A stretch of 41,547 bases of DNA from Acidimicrobiia bacterium (GCA_016871215.1 VFZK01000003.1:1-41547), one strand, 5' to 3'. Shown: positions 1 through 9,969, counted from the stretch's first letter. Made by a program: numbers and translations. The notes: generated by a model not told the origin, from the sequence alone.

Positions 1-140
1 ACAGTGGTCAAAACCCAACAAAACACTATTCCGACTATGCGGCATTAATTAAGACGCTATGTATAACATCCTGCCAGCTTGCGTGACCTCTGTCTCCAGA
101 CTCCAGTTCTCACGCACTGACGACAACGACCGGGCCAACC

Positions 141-167
141 AAAGCACCAGAGGACTGGCGCACTCCA
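141..167. repeat. REP-like palindromic element (AAAGCACCAGAGGACTGGCGCACTCCA)
   Basis: Imperfect hairpin just past the hyuA stop; degenerate relatives at 6886-6924, 6953-6984 and 7124-7156. Confidence 0.6.
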
Positions 168-171
168 CAAA

Positions 172-2268
172 CTAACATGTCCGATTCTCGATCAACACGT
201 TTCCGCGCTCGTCAAGCCGCGCTAACATGCCGGGCGGCACGACGATCGTCGAATCGTATTCGTCGATCAGCAAGGGCCCCTCTGCGCCGGTGCCAACGGC
301 GCGCCGCTCGACAACAGGAGTGAGAATCGTACCCCAGCGCTTTCCGAAGTAGGCGGCGCGATTCGCCGGGCCCTTATCGGCCAGCGCTCTTGGCGTATAA
401 GACAGTCCTTCCTGAGCCGAAGCCACGCGTCCCACCAAACGCACAGCCACAATTTCGATTGGATTTTCCGGGTCCGAGCCATGCCCATAAAGCCGCAGGT
501 GTTCTCGTTCGAAGTCTTGGCAAAGGGTACGCACAGCCTCATCCGTGAAGCGAGCACCCTGCAGGGCCACACGTATTTCCGAAGCTTGCCCTTGGAAGCG
601 CATGTCGACGCTGTAGGCCAACGCCACCTCTGGCGCCGGGAAGCCTTCTGCCAGGAACTGGGCTCTCATGGGGCGCCAGAGTTCTTCTGAGATCTGTTCA
701 AGCGTATGGCTGTTCAGCTGCTCACCCGATAGCAAGCAGCTGCGAACACCGTGGTGTTCGACGCCCGAGGCCAGCAGACCCAAAGCGCTGAACAAGCCCG
801 GCAACGGGGGAACGACGATCTGGCGGACGTTGAGCTCCAAACCCAACCCAACCGCATGGACCGGTCCGGAGCCGCCGAACGCCATGAGTGCAAATTCCCG
901 AGGGTCGCGCCCACGCTGGGTAGAGACCGCTCGAAGAGCTCGCATGATCCTGGCGTTCGCGATCCGATGAACGCCTTCGGCCGCTTTCAGCGTTTCGATG
1001 TTCAGACGCGTGGCAATCCGGTCGTGAATCGCGCGCTGGGCCGCCTCCAGATCGATTTCAATCTCGCCATTTGCGAGTCTTCCGGGACGGATATAGCCAA
1101 GCACCACATTGGCATCCGTCACCGTCGGCTCCAGACCCCCGCGTCGGTAGCACACGGGGCCTGGAACAGCCCCGGCGCTTCTCGGTCCCACATGAAGGCC
1201 GCCGGCCCGGTCGAGGTACGCGATGCTCCCACCCCCGGCGCCAACTTCAGCAATGTCGATGCTGGGAGCTCGAATCAGTTCTCCCGCGCCTCCCACCAGC
1301 CGATTTCCCGCTGAAAGAGACGATCCCACTTCATACTCGGCGCTGTAACTCACCTCGCCATTCTCAATCAAGGATGCTTTGGCTGTGGTACCGCCCATGT
1401 CGAAAGCAATTACGTTCGACACACCCATGCGTTGTGCCGTCAACCGGGCAGCCAGAACTCCAGCCGCCGGCCCCGACTCGAGCACGTAGACCGGGCACGC
1501 GATCGCCTCGCGCTCTGGGGTCAACCCGCCAGCGGATTGCATGAGCAGAAGCGGCGCGTTGATGGACAGGTCCTTCAATCCGGCTCGCAGCGCCTCCAGG
1601 TAGCGCTGCATGACCGGCTGCACGTAAGCGTTTACCACGGTTGTGGCCGTGCGCTCGTACTCTTTGCGCTCTGGAAGCACCTCGTGCGAGAGAGAGACTT
1701 GAACTTTCGGAAGGTTTTTCCTCAAGAAATCGCCTACAGCAGTTTCATGATGCGGGAAAGCGTAGGCATGGAGCAAGCAAACGGCGACCGATTCGACTTG
1801 CTCGGACTCAAGTTTGTTCTTCAACGTCGCGAGTTCCGACGGGTCGATCGGATCGAGGACTTGCCCTGCCGCCGAGATGCGTTCCGCCAGTTCGAAACGA
1901 AACGCACGTTCCACCAAGGGCTTGGGCTTGTCGAAAAACAGATCGTACATCTGGGGTGCCCGAATACGGCGCAGCTCAAGGACATCGCGAAATCCGCGGG
2001 TTGTGATGAGAGCCGTGTGGGCGCCGCGGCGCTCGAGCACGGCATTGGTGGCGACTGTCGTCCCGTGCGCGACTTCCGATACCGCTGACCCGGACGTGTC
2101 TGCCGTCTCGAGGAGCTGCCGGACAGCCTCGAGCACCGCCTTCTCGAAGTTCGGCGGCGTGGATGGAATCTTGAATGTCCGAACGTCGCCGCGATCGTTC
2201 AGTAGGATGACATCGGTGAATGTGCCGCCGACATCAGCGCCAATTCGAAAGGATTTAGGGATAGGCAT
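172..2268 (-). CDS. hyuA: Hydantoinase/oxoprolinase family protein (N-methylhydantoinase A-like ATP-binding subunit)
   Basis: Motifs IGADVGGTFTD, HGTTVATNA, ESGPAAG, DMGGTT, GAGGGSIA, GPRSAGAVPGP, PTVTDAN; start placed at ATG 2268 (MPIPK). Confidence 0.9.
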   Translation of the reverse strand: MPIPKSFRIGADVGGTFTDVILLNDRGDVRTFKIPSTPPNFEKAVLEAVRQLLETADTSGSAVSEVAHGTTVATNAVLERRGAHTALITTRGFRDVLELRRIRAPQMYDLFFDKPKPLVERAFRFELAERISAAGQVLDPIDPSELATLKNKLESEQVESVAVCLLHAYAFPHHETAVGDFLRKNLPKVQVSLSHEVLPERKEYERTATTVVNAYVQPVMQRYLEALRAGLKDLSINAPLLLMQSAGGLTPEREAIACPVYVLESGPAAGVLAARLTAQRMGVSNVIAFDMGGTTAKASLIENGEVSYSAEYEVGSSLSAGNRLVGGAGELIRAPSIDIAEVGAGGGSIAYLDRAGGLHVGPRSAGAVPGPVCYRRGGLEPTVTDANVVLGYIRPGRLANGEIEIDLEAAQRAIHDRIATRLNIETLKAAEGVHRIANARIMRALRAVSTQRGRDPREFALMAFGGSGPVHAVGLGLELNVRQIVVPPLPGLFSALGLLASGVEHHGVRSCLLSGEQLNSHTLEQISEELWRPMRAQFLAEGFPAPEVALAYSVDMRFQGQASEIRVALQGARFTDEAVRTLCQDFEREHLRLYGHGSDPENPIEIVAVRLVGRVASAQEGLSYTPRALADKGPANRAAYFGKRWGTILTPVVERRAVGTGAEGPLLIDEYDSTIVVPPGMLARLDERGNVLIENRTC

Positions 2269-2295
2269 GATTGCCAGGGACAACTGTGAAGGATC

Positions 2296-3609
2296 TCAAT
2301 GGGCTTCGTCGCCAACCACTGGCCGGCTCGGCTCGACCAGAAGCCAGGAAGCTCCTCCGGCGACCTGCAGCAACCCCATCAGATAGAGGGGTACGGCCCA
2401 GGCGCCGGTGCGTCCGAGCAGCCATGCCAGCACGATCGGGCTCAGCACGCCGCCAATTTGTCCAGCCGTATTCATACAGGCACCGGCGACTCCTGCGTGA
2501 CCTCCCGCCATGTCGATCACGGCGCCCCAGCTGGCTCCCAGCATGAAGCTCCCAGCCGTGGCACCCAGCCCGAACAAGATGGCAGAACCCACCGGACTGC
2601 TGGTTGCCGTTCCGGCGATCATAAACAGTCCCGCCAGCAGCAGCGAGATGCCTCCAACAGCACAGCGGCCGATGCGCAAACCGAACCGTTTGCACAAACT
2701 GTCGGTCGTGAAGCCGCCGAACAAGTCTCCCAGGATAGCCATCATCATGGGCAAGCCCGTCATCAGTCCCAGCTTCAGTGCGCTGAAGCCCCGTTCCTTT
2801 TCAAGGTAGGCTGGCAGCCAGGTCATGAAGAAGTAGAAACCGTAGCTCTGGGTCATGTACATGAAGCAGAGAGCCAGCATGCTCCGGTTGAGTAACAGCC
2901 TCTTCCAGGGAACTCCGGCGAGGTGATGACCGTGGTCAAGTCCACGACCTGACTGGATATGCCTTAACTCGGCCTGATTCACGGAAGCATGCTGCTCGGG
3001 TTCATCTCGAAACCAGCGGTACCAGGCAAACGCCCAGACGAATCCCACCGACCCAAAGATGAGGAAGGTCGTTCTCCAGTGCATGTGAGCCAACATCGCC
3101 GTCACCAGGATGGGCGTAAGACCACCGCCCAGATGTGCTCCCATGAAGAAGATTCCTTGCGCCGTGCCGCGTTCGGTTGCAGGAAACCACCTGGAGAAGG
3201 TCCGGGCGGCGTTTGGCCAGGCGCCTGCTTCGCCGGCTCCGAATAAGAACCGAACGATCAACAGTGAGACATAATTGAGAGCTCCAGCCGTCGCCATGGT
3301 GAAGACAGACCACCACACGACGATGCGGGTTAAGACCTTGCGAGTTCCGATGCGATCGCCCCACCAACCCGTCGGAATCTCAAACAGGCCATAGGCCAAG
3401 GTGAATGCGCTAAACACGAAACTCATCTGGAGCTTTGTCAAAGAGAGGTCTTCAATGATTTTCGGCGCCGTGATGGAAATGCAGACACGATCCAGATAGG
3501 TGATCATGGAAAGGCAAACGCCAAGTCCCAGCACCCGGTAGCGAACTCTGGACGGCCGCTCAGATTTTTGTTCGATGGAAGGTTTCTGAAGCGAAAGGGC
3601 TGAACTCAT
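2296..3609 (-). CDS. MFS transporter, anion:cation symporter (D-galactonate transporter-like)
   Basis: ITYLDRVCIS, GWWGDRIGTRK (MFS motif A), RFLFGAGEAG, WFPATERG; many hydrophobic segments; ATG 3609 with GGAG RBS. Confidence 0.9.
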   Translation of the reverse strand: MSSALSLQKPSIEQKSERPSRVRYRVLGLGVCLSMITYLDRVCISITAPKIIEDLSLTKLQMSFVFSAFTLAYGLFEIPTGWWGDRIGTRKVLTRIVVWWSVFTMATAGALNYVSLLIVRFLFGAGEAGAWPNAARTFSRWFPATERGTAQGIFFMGAHLGGGLTPILVTAMLAHMHWRTTFLIFGSVGFVWAFAWYRWFRDEPEQHASVNQAELRHIQSGRGLDHGHHLAGVPWKRLLLNRSMLALCFMYMTQSYGFYFFMTWLPAYLEKERGFSALKLGLMTGLPMMMAILGDLFGGFTTDSLCKRFGLRIGRCAVGGISLLLAGLFMIAGTATSSPVGSAILFGLGATAGSFMLGASWGAVIDMAGGHAGVAGACMNTAGQIGGVLSPIVLAWLLGRTGAWAVPLYLMGLLQVAGGASWLLVEPSRPVVGDEAH

Positions 3610-3872
3610 CAGGTAGATATCTCCAAGCAGGTCCGGCTCCAAGCCACACAGCTCGTTATGTTCGACGTCATCAAAGATCTCGTTCTCGTCTTGGCACCCA
3701 CGGTCAGTGCAGGAGACCGCCGACTTTCGCGTCGAATCTCGTGTCGACTCGCACGCCCCGACGGGCTCGCACACAGGGCAAACCGGGCCGCTCGGTGTGA
3801 CACCCAAAGAATCAGCACTCGGCTGCTAACAGCAATACTCGGTGCTTGTGACGGGATCGGCACTCTACTTTA

Positions 3873-5195
3873 TCACGCCAGTCTCTGAAAACCGGTGTGA
3901 GCGACCGGCCCTTTGATCATCGACCCGACGCGATCCTTTCGAATGGCTTCTTCGAGCTCGCGGAATACGACTTCGACTGTTGCCAGGTACTGATCCACCA
4001 TCTCCGGTTTGTGAGCAAACGTCACGTACAGGTGGCCCCGGTCCAGGTACCCGCGTTCCAGCATCAACTGCGTAAACAGTGTGCGAATCTGCAAGGCGTT
4101 CGGATCGTTGAACTCGAAGTAAGGCAACGGATCGATGCCGGCAACCTTGATGCTCAGGCCGGTGCTTTCAGCGGCGCGCGCCCAACCTTTCCGGACGCTG
4201 ACACCGATCTGCGCAAGATGGACGTGGACGTTCTCACGGCGATGTTTCCGCAAAGTAGCCAGCGCTGCGGCAGGGCCAATCCGCTCCGTCCAGTAGGTGC
4301 TGCTCACAAAGGTGCTCTGGGCTGCCTGCATTACAGACTCGCGCCCGATCACAGCAGCCATGGCATGGCCGTTGCTAATCGCTTTAGCAAACACGGCCAT
4401 ATCCGGCTCGACATTGAACTGCAGGTGCGCACCACCGCGGGTCAACCGGAATCCCATAGAGACTTCGTCGAACACCATCACCGCTCCACTGCGGTCCGCC
4501 AGCTTCCGGACACCTTCCAGGAATCCAGGCTGCGGAAGAGTCTGCCGCAGCGGTTCCAGAATGATCGCTCCAATCTCGCCGGCATGAGCGTCGAGGATCG
4601 CTTCGAGCTCTTGCAGTTGGTTGTAGCGAAAAGGAAAGGCCGTGCCCAGGAGACCCCGCGGCACGCCACGTGGACTCAACCCAGAAAGCAGGTGCCCATC
4701 GAGCACATGGTCGGAGGCCAGATTTGCCGCCAGGTACCAGTCATGCCAGCCGTGGTAGCCGCAGAAAGCGATCTTGTCCCGGCCGGTGCTGGCGCGTGCG
4801 ATCCGTGCCGCAATCGCCATGGCCTCCCCGCCGCAGCGCCCGTAACGCACCATGTCGGCCCAAGGGTGAATCTCGCAAAGCAAATCGGCCAATTCGACTT
4901 CTTCAGGGCAGTTCAGGGTCGCCATCGCGCTCGCCTCCACGGCAGCGTGGACGGCAGCATTCACTTCCGGATCGGAATAACCCAAGATGCAAGCTCCGAT
5001 CCCGTTGATACTCATATCCACATAGCGGTTGCCATCCAGATCCCAGATTTCAGCCCCTTGCGCCCGCGAGTAATAACTTGGCCATTGTTCAGGCAGGAAC
5101 ACTTCAGGGCGTTTGGAAAGCAACTGCGTGCCACCCGGTATTCGGTGGCGAGCGCGTTCATAGAGCTTCTGCCCTGTCCGTTGCGTTGACGACAT
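3873..5195 (-). CDS. Class-III PLP-dependent aminotransferase (GSA-aminomutase-like)
   Basis: WDLDGNRYVD, GYHGWHD, FDEVSMGFR, PLP lysine in FAKAISNG; ATG 5195 with GAGGAG RBS. Confidence 0.9.
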   Translation of the reverse strand: MSSTQRTGQKLYERARHRIPGGTQLLSKRPEVFLPEQWPSYYSRAQGAEIWDLDGNRYVDMSINGIGACILGYSDPEVNAAVHAAVEASAMATLNCPEEVELADLLCEIHPWADMVRYGRCGGEAMAIAARIARASTGRDKIAFCGYHGWHDWYLAANLASDHVLDGHLLSGLSPRGVPRGLLGTAFPFRYNQLQELEAILDAHAGEIGAIILEPLRQTLPQPGFLEGVRKLADRSGAVMVFDEVSMGFRLTRGGAHLQFNVEPDMAVFAKAISNGHAMAAVIGRESVMQAAQSTFVSSTYWTERIGPAAALATLRKHRRENVHVHLAQIGVSVRKGWARAAESTGLSIKVAGIDPLPYFEFNDPNALQIRTLFTQLMLERGYLDRGHLYVTFAHKPEMVDQYLATVEVVFRELEEAIRKDRVGSMIKGPVAHTGFQRLA

Positions 5196-5399
5196 CGCGA
5201 TCTCCTCGATAGGTAGTTTTGGCAGGATGCGATTCAAGCGGCGATGTACTTGAGCGACATTCCCCAGGCTGCATGGGCTGCCCTGCCTGACAGCATCACA
5301 GACCCGGCAGGTGCCTGGCCATGCCGATTCGCAGCCGCGTTCGGCTCTCGGTTCCCGGCCGCATCGCGAATGCTGGCCGCCAGGATACCGAATTCGTTC

Positions 5400-6785
5400 T
5401 CAATCGAGCGGCCACGGGGACGGAATCGCAAATCCCATGCGACGATGCAGATTCTGGGCGAGCGCGTCGATCTTCCGATACTCCGCTTCCTCGTCGAGCC
5501 GAACGAATCGGCCACCGCGAAGAATGATTTCGCCGTCAACCATCACCGTATCGACGCTGGCCGATTGGGCGCTGTAGACGAGGCTATTGACCACATTCAA
5601 ACCAGGATGCCACTCTGGCCTGCAACCGGAATGGATCACGATGTCGGCCTTCTTCCCGACTTCCAAGGATCCGATCGCATCGAGCATCCCTAAAGATCTG
5701 GCGCCGTTCCGGGTCGCCATTTCGAGCGCTTGGTGCGCTGAAATTGCGGGCATGACGCCTCGGGCTTCCCGGTGAATGGTCGACGCCAGATACGCTTGCC
5801 GGGCGACGTCGAAGAAGTCCGAATAGTTGCCAGAATCGGATCCCAGAGCAACGTTGACCCCTTGAGCCACCATCTCCGGGAAACGCCCTACCTTTGAAAC
5901 CCCCATCCCGACGCGCGTCGACGCCGCTGGGCAGTGAACGACGTTCGTACGAGAAGCAGCGAGCAAGGCGACCTCCGAGTCCTCGGTATAGATCATGTGA
6001 ACCAACTGTAGATTCGTTCCGAGAATCCCGAGATTGGCGAAGTGCTCGATGGCAGTCTTGCCACCCGTCTGTTTGCGGTAGTTCGCTACATCGCCCGGCC
6101 CGAAAGACTGGTGAAAATCCAGCGTCACTCCCAGCCGGTCGGCGAGCCGCTTCCCTTCAACAAGAAGCCGGTCGGTGCAACGGCCCATGCCAGCCATGCT
6201 GACCCCTGCCCAAATGCGCGCGTCTGCGTTTTTCGGAAGCGCTTGGGTGAGCCGCTCCAACCGCTTCAAGCACGCGTCGGTATCGCCGACGCTGACACTC
6301 GGATAGGGTGGGAGGTCCCAGCACACTTCGGAGATCATCCCTCGCAGTCCAACGCGGTTGACGACCGCCGCTTTGGCGTCGCCACGGAACTTGCCGCCGT
6401 TGTCACAAAACGTGGTTGTGCCATTGCGCACCATTTCCAAACAAGCGAGCATCGTGCCGGCGTTCGCGTCTTCTTCGGAGAGATTCAGCCAGTAGGGAAG
6501 CCAGTGTGCATGCTCACGTTCTTCTGGCCAAGCGTCCGGGATGATTCCTCGGCCCAGATGCTGGGAGAAATGAACGTGGCAATCCACAAACCCCGGTTGA
6601 ACCACTCCCCCTTTAGCGTCAATCGTTTCTTTGGCGGTGAAGGTTGCCGCGACCTCGGCGCTGCGACCCACCGCGACGATTCGGCTGCCGCGGACCGCGA
6701 CCGCGCCATCCGAGAAGATGCGACGCTGGTCATCCATGGTGATGAGCTTCGCGTGCAGAATCGCCAAATCGGCTGTCTGAGACAT
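5400..6785 (-). CDS. Amidohydrolase family protein (SsnA/MTA-SAH deaminase/AtzA-like fold)
   Basis: PGFVDCHVH, GTTT, HCPAAS, ALGSD, GSLEVGKKADI, VDTVMVDG. Confidence 0.88.
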   Translation of the reverse strand: MSQTADLAILHAKLITMDDQRRIFSDGAVAVRGSRIVAVGRSAEVAATFTAKETIDAKGGVVQPGFVDCHVHFSQHLGRGIIPDAWPEEREHAHWLPYWLNLSEEDANAGTMLACLEMVRNGTTTFCDNGGKFRGDAKAAVVNRVGLRGMISEVCWDLPPYPSVSVGDTDACLKRLERLTQALPKNADARIWAGVSMAGMGRCTDRLLVEGKRLADRLGVTLDFHQSFGPGDVANYRKQTGGKTAIEHFANLGILGTNLQLVHMIYTEDSEVALLAASRTNVVHCPAASTRVGMGVSKVGRFPEMVAQGVNVALGSDSGNYSDFFDVARQAYLASTIHREARGVMPAISAHQALEMATRNGARSLGMLDAIGSLEVGKKADIVIHSGCRPEWHPGLNVVNSLVYSAQSASVDTVMVDGEIILRGGRFVRLDEEAEYRKIDALAQNLHRRMGFAIPSPWPLD

Positions 6786-6885
6786 GATCCTTCGCGCTTG
6801 CTTAGGTTACTTTCAGCTGTTTTGTGAGCCTTGGGTTCCGCGGGCCCCACGGCACGGGACCAGTCTCCGCCAGCCACTCCGCCTC

Positions 6886-7156
6886 ACAGCGGGAGAGAAC
6901 TGCCGGATTCCAAGACGCTGCGCGCAGCGCCGAGGTCTCGACAATTCACCCGTTTTGGACCGCGCCAGGCCTCTAGCGCTCTGGGTTTTTCCGCCTTCTC
7001 GTTGCAGCCCAGTCTCTGAGTCATTCCCGCCAAGAGCCTGCCCCCGCAAAAGCGCGTGGCGGGAATCCAGCCTGGATTCCGGCTCGCGCTTCGCTTGGCC
7101 GGAATGACGTGCGGACTTCGCCCGTTTTGAAGTGCGCCAGTCCCCCGGCGCTCTGG
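6886..7156. repeat. Mosaic REP cluster (three GGAGTGCGCCAG-type copies plus a GTCATTCCCGC...GGAATGAC element)
   Basis: cccgttttggaccgcgccaggcctctagcgctctgg (~6950) and cccgttttgaagtgcgccagtcccccggcgctctgg (~7121) are degenerate direct copies; inverted copy at 6886-6924; gtcattcccgc...gcgggaatcc...ggaatgac at 7020-7109. Confidence 0.7.
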
Positions 7157-7200
7157 CGCTTCGGTCCCGCTCTCGTTGCCCAACCCTGGCGCTAGGGTCG

Positions 7201-8763
7201 TTACCGCGCGCCTGCGGTCTCTCGGTCGGCGTACGGCGTCTTGCTCCAAATCGTCAACCCTGCCAAATCCTTCTGCCGGGTTGCCTTCAGCAGGCTCAAA
7301 AGGTAGCCGACCGTGAATAGGAAGCAGTTTGCCAGCACACCGAGCCAGAACTTGTCAGGAAGCCAGCGCGATGCGCCCGGCAAGCTGCTGCGCCCCAGCG
7401 GGCTGTCCAGCGCCAGCCAGACGCATATCGCGGTGAAGGTGCAAATCGTCGCGATCAACGCGCTGCGATTGTCAACCCGCTCGGTCACAAATCCCAGGAG
7501 AAACAATCCGAGCAGACCGCCGCCCAGGATTGAGAAAAACAGCGTCTGCAGATCCATCAGCGTGCTGGAAGAGGAATAGTAAATGATCAACGCGACGCTG
7601 AGCATGACCACGCCGAAGGCCGTTGAGCACCACCGGCCCACAAGAACATAGTGGCGCTCCGTCTCATGGCGGCGTATGAGCCGGCGATAGAAGTCGGTCG
7701 AAGCCGTCGTCGCCAAGGCGCTGATCTCGGCGCTGAGAGTCGATAGCGCAGCCGCAATCAACCCGGAAATGACAAACCCAGCCAATCCGGTAGGCACCCG
7801 GGTGCTGATAAAGAACGGGAAGACCTCTTCCGGCAAGAGCCGGCTGAGCTCTGGCGCCGCATTGTACTTATAGAATACGTAAAGTGTCGTTCCCAGAAAG
7901 CTGAAGTAGACCCACGTCACGACGCTCAACACCGAGCCCATGACCAAGCCCTTCTTTGCCTCTTCATCAGATTTCATCGCGCAGTAGCGTTGAACAATCA
8001 TCTGGTCAGTCGCCATCATTTGAAGGAATTGGAACAGGTAAACCAAGGAGATCACCCAAAGGGTTTTCTCGCTGAGGTTGAAGGCGGTGCTGCCCGGCGC
8101 GAACTTGGCATCCCGATACGCCTCCTCGACGATTTGAGAAAACCCACCCGGAATCAAGTGGACCATGAGCGGCAGGCAGATCACCGCGCCTAGCACGAGC
8201 GCCACTCCCTGGATGACGTCGGTCCAGATCACCGCCTCCAGCCCGCCGGCTACGGTGTAGGCTGTAACCAAAATCCCGAGTACCAGGATGATCCAGGCGA
8301 TGGAGACACCGCAAAGAGATGCCAACGGAAGGCTGACGGCGTAGAGAACTGCGCCCATTTTGAACGCATGAAAGAGGACGAAGCCGGTTGCCGCATAAAG
8401 CCGCGCCCAGACACCGAAGCGTCGTTCCAAGTACTCATACGCCGATTGAATGCGGGTCCGGCGGAAGAACGGCATGAAAAGATACAAGGCCACTACCGTA
8501 ACCAGCAGATAGGGAAGGTGGGCATAGACGTAACGCCAGTCCTGTTTGAACGTGAAGCCCGGCATGGCCAAAAAAGTCATCGAGCTGATGATAGTAGCCA
8601 TCAGTGAGAGCCCCACCACCGCGCCCGACATTTTTCGACCCGCCAGAAAATACGCGTCGGTGGACTTGTTGCGGCGCGTGAAGTAGGCTCCAACCACGGC
8701 AGAGACAGCCAGGTTCAATGCCACCACGACCCAATCGAGCCATCCCCAAAGTTGCTGATGCAT
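7201..8763 (-). CDS. Sodium:solute symporter (SSS family)
   Basis: YFLAGRKM, SAYEYLERRF, YTVAGGLEAVIWTDVIQ, DQMIVQRY, AAALST; highly hydrophobic. Confidence 0.92.
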   Translation of the reverse strand: MHQQLWGWLDWVVVALNLAVSAVVGAYFTRRNKSTDAYFLAGRKMSGAVVGLSLMATIISSMTFLAMPGFTFKQDWRYVYAHLPYLLVTVVALYLFMPFFRRTRIQSAYEYLERRFGVWARLYAATGFVLFHAFKMGAVLYAVSLPLASLCGVSIAWIILVLGILVTAYTVAGGLEAVIWTDVIQGVALVLGAVICLPLMVHLIPGGFSQIVEEAYRDAKFAPGSTAFNLSEKTLWVISLVYLFQFLQMMATDQMIVQRYCAMKSDEEAKKGLVMGSVLSVVTWVYFSFLGTTLYVFYKYNAAPELSRLLPEEVFPFFISTRVPTGLAGFVISGLIAAALSTLSAEISALATTASTDFYRRLIRRHETERHYVLVGRWCSTAFGVVMLSVALIIYYSSSSTLMDLQTLFFSILGGGLLGLFLLGFVTERVDNRSALIATICTFTAICVWLALDSPLGRSSLPGASRWLPDKFWLGVLANCFLFTVGYLLSLLKATRQKDLAGLTIWSKTPYADRETAGAR

Positions 8764-8872
8764 GCTCTACCCCCCTTTCTCTATTCGTGACTAGCCAGCA
8801 TGGATGCGCAAACGGCTGAGCCCAGGAAACGCTCGTCATGCAGCACACCAGGGCTTGCATTCTCTACGACCG

Positions 8873-8898
8873 GCGCCACTGGCGTGGCGCATTACGAA
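8873..8898. repeat. REP-like hairpin GCGCCACTGGCGTGGCGCATTACGAA
   Basis: Palindromic core gcgccac-tggc-gtggcgc; related copy at 35314-35340. Confidence 0.5.
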
Positions 8899-8934
8899 CC
8901 CGGCCCTCGCGGCTACCGTGCGAGCGATGCCGCC

Positions 8935-9933
8935 TCAGCGCACGAACCAGCGCATTGCGTGCCGAGCTTCGCTCTTCTCGAACTTCAGCGTATAGGGGTT
9001 GACGAGCCATCGAGCCAAGAAGCCGTCGCTCCTCGGCATGAGCCAACCGAAATCCCAGCCTTTGCTCTCGTACTGGATGGGAATCGCGGGTTTGACCCGG
9101 ACTACGGGATGCGAGGCCGCCATGAACCGCTTTTGCTTCGTGTAGTAGTAGCAAGAACCTACCTGAACGAAGACCTCGTGATTCATCGGTTTGGCTGCTC
9201 CGCTGAGATCAGCGCACAATCCACGAATCCCAACCTTCACGTCACTTCCCCCGGCAAACGCTTCAGCCAGCGCCTCGATCGAACCCGAAACAGTCTTCCC
9301 CTGGGCGTCGTGAGAAAAAACTTCCTGCCAGCTCTCATTCACCCAGAATCGAAAAACGTCGAAATCGTAGACGAAATTGCTACTGGGCGCGTTAGTTCCC
9401 TCGTCCCAGGCATTGAACTGGTGGTAGAGCGGCATTGCGCTGTGATCGCCGACGGGAGAGGCGCCCAGCTTGCCCGTGATCGGTCCGCCATCCAGATAGA
9501 GTCTGGCAACTGCCTGGCGGCCGTCCTGGTTGTACATGAAGAACGACATCGAAGGTCGGGGGCCGAAACCGTCAGGGAGCGAAATGGGCTGCCGCAACGA
9601 AATGATGCCGGCACTCCATCGGTCGTCTAACAGATAGGTCACGCGGAAGTCGGCGACTTCCCGAATCAACTCAGCGTTCTTTGAGGTCGTATCGATATGC
9701 TCGTTGTGGCGGAACTCTGTGTAGATGCGGAGGTCTGCCCCTTGGCGGATGGCCTTGGCGAAGGCCTGCTCGCTGCCCGAGAGCCGTTTTCTCTGGCGAT
9801 CCAAGGCGTAAACGCACTTCCAGTTCCGGGCTTCCTGAACCTGTGTTTGTTTGCGGTCGCTACGTTTCTTCATCATAGACTCGACTCCTAAGCCTCCTCC
9901 CAGCATGAGCAAAGTTCTACGATCCAGTTGCAT
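8935..9933 (-). CDS. Hypothetical protein with twin-arginine-like N-terminus and internally duplicated domain
   Basis: GAGG RBS; DRRTLL; repeats WKCVYALDRQRKRLSGSEQAFAKAIRQGADLRI and WQEVFSHDAQGKTVSGSIEALAEAFAGGSDVKV. Confidence 0.8.
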   Translation of the reverse strand: MQLDRRTLLMLGGGLGVESMMKKRSDRKQTQVQEARNWKCVYALDRQRKRLSGSEQAFAKAIRQGADLRIYTEFRHNEHIDTTSKNAELIREVADFRVTYLLDDRWSAGIISLRQPISLPDGFGPRPSMSFFMYNQDGRQAVARLYLDGGPITGKLGASPVGDHSAMPLYHQFNAWDEGTNAPSSNFVYDFDVFRFWVNESWQEVFSHDAQGKTVSGSIEALAEAFAGGSDVKVGIRGLCADLSGAAKPMNHEVFVQVGSCYYYTKQKRFMAASHPVVRVKPAIPIQYESKGWDFGWLMPRSDGFLARWLVNPYTLKFEKSEARHAMRWFVR

Positions 9934-9969
9934 GCGGTGTCCTCATTAGCCAACGGCTGCCCTTTCAGT

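Noticed and set aside
3610-3807. Cys-rich N-terminal extension of the MFS ORF
   Set aside because: An RBS-supported ATG lies at 3609 and the extension has no MFS character
3897-5189. 430-aa plus-strand ORF
   Set aside because: Antisense shadow of the aminotransferase; no motifs; common in GC-rich DNA
3873-5195. Calling the aminotransferase hemL
   Set aside because: Related fold only; no heme-synthesis context, so no gene symbol assigned
8800-9630. 276-aa plus-strand ORF
   Set aside because: Antisense to the better-supported 8935-9933 gene and runs through a REP-like hairpin
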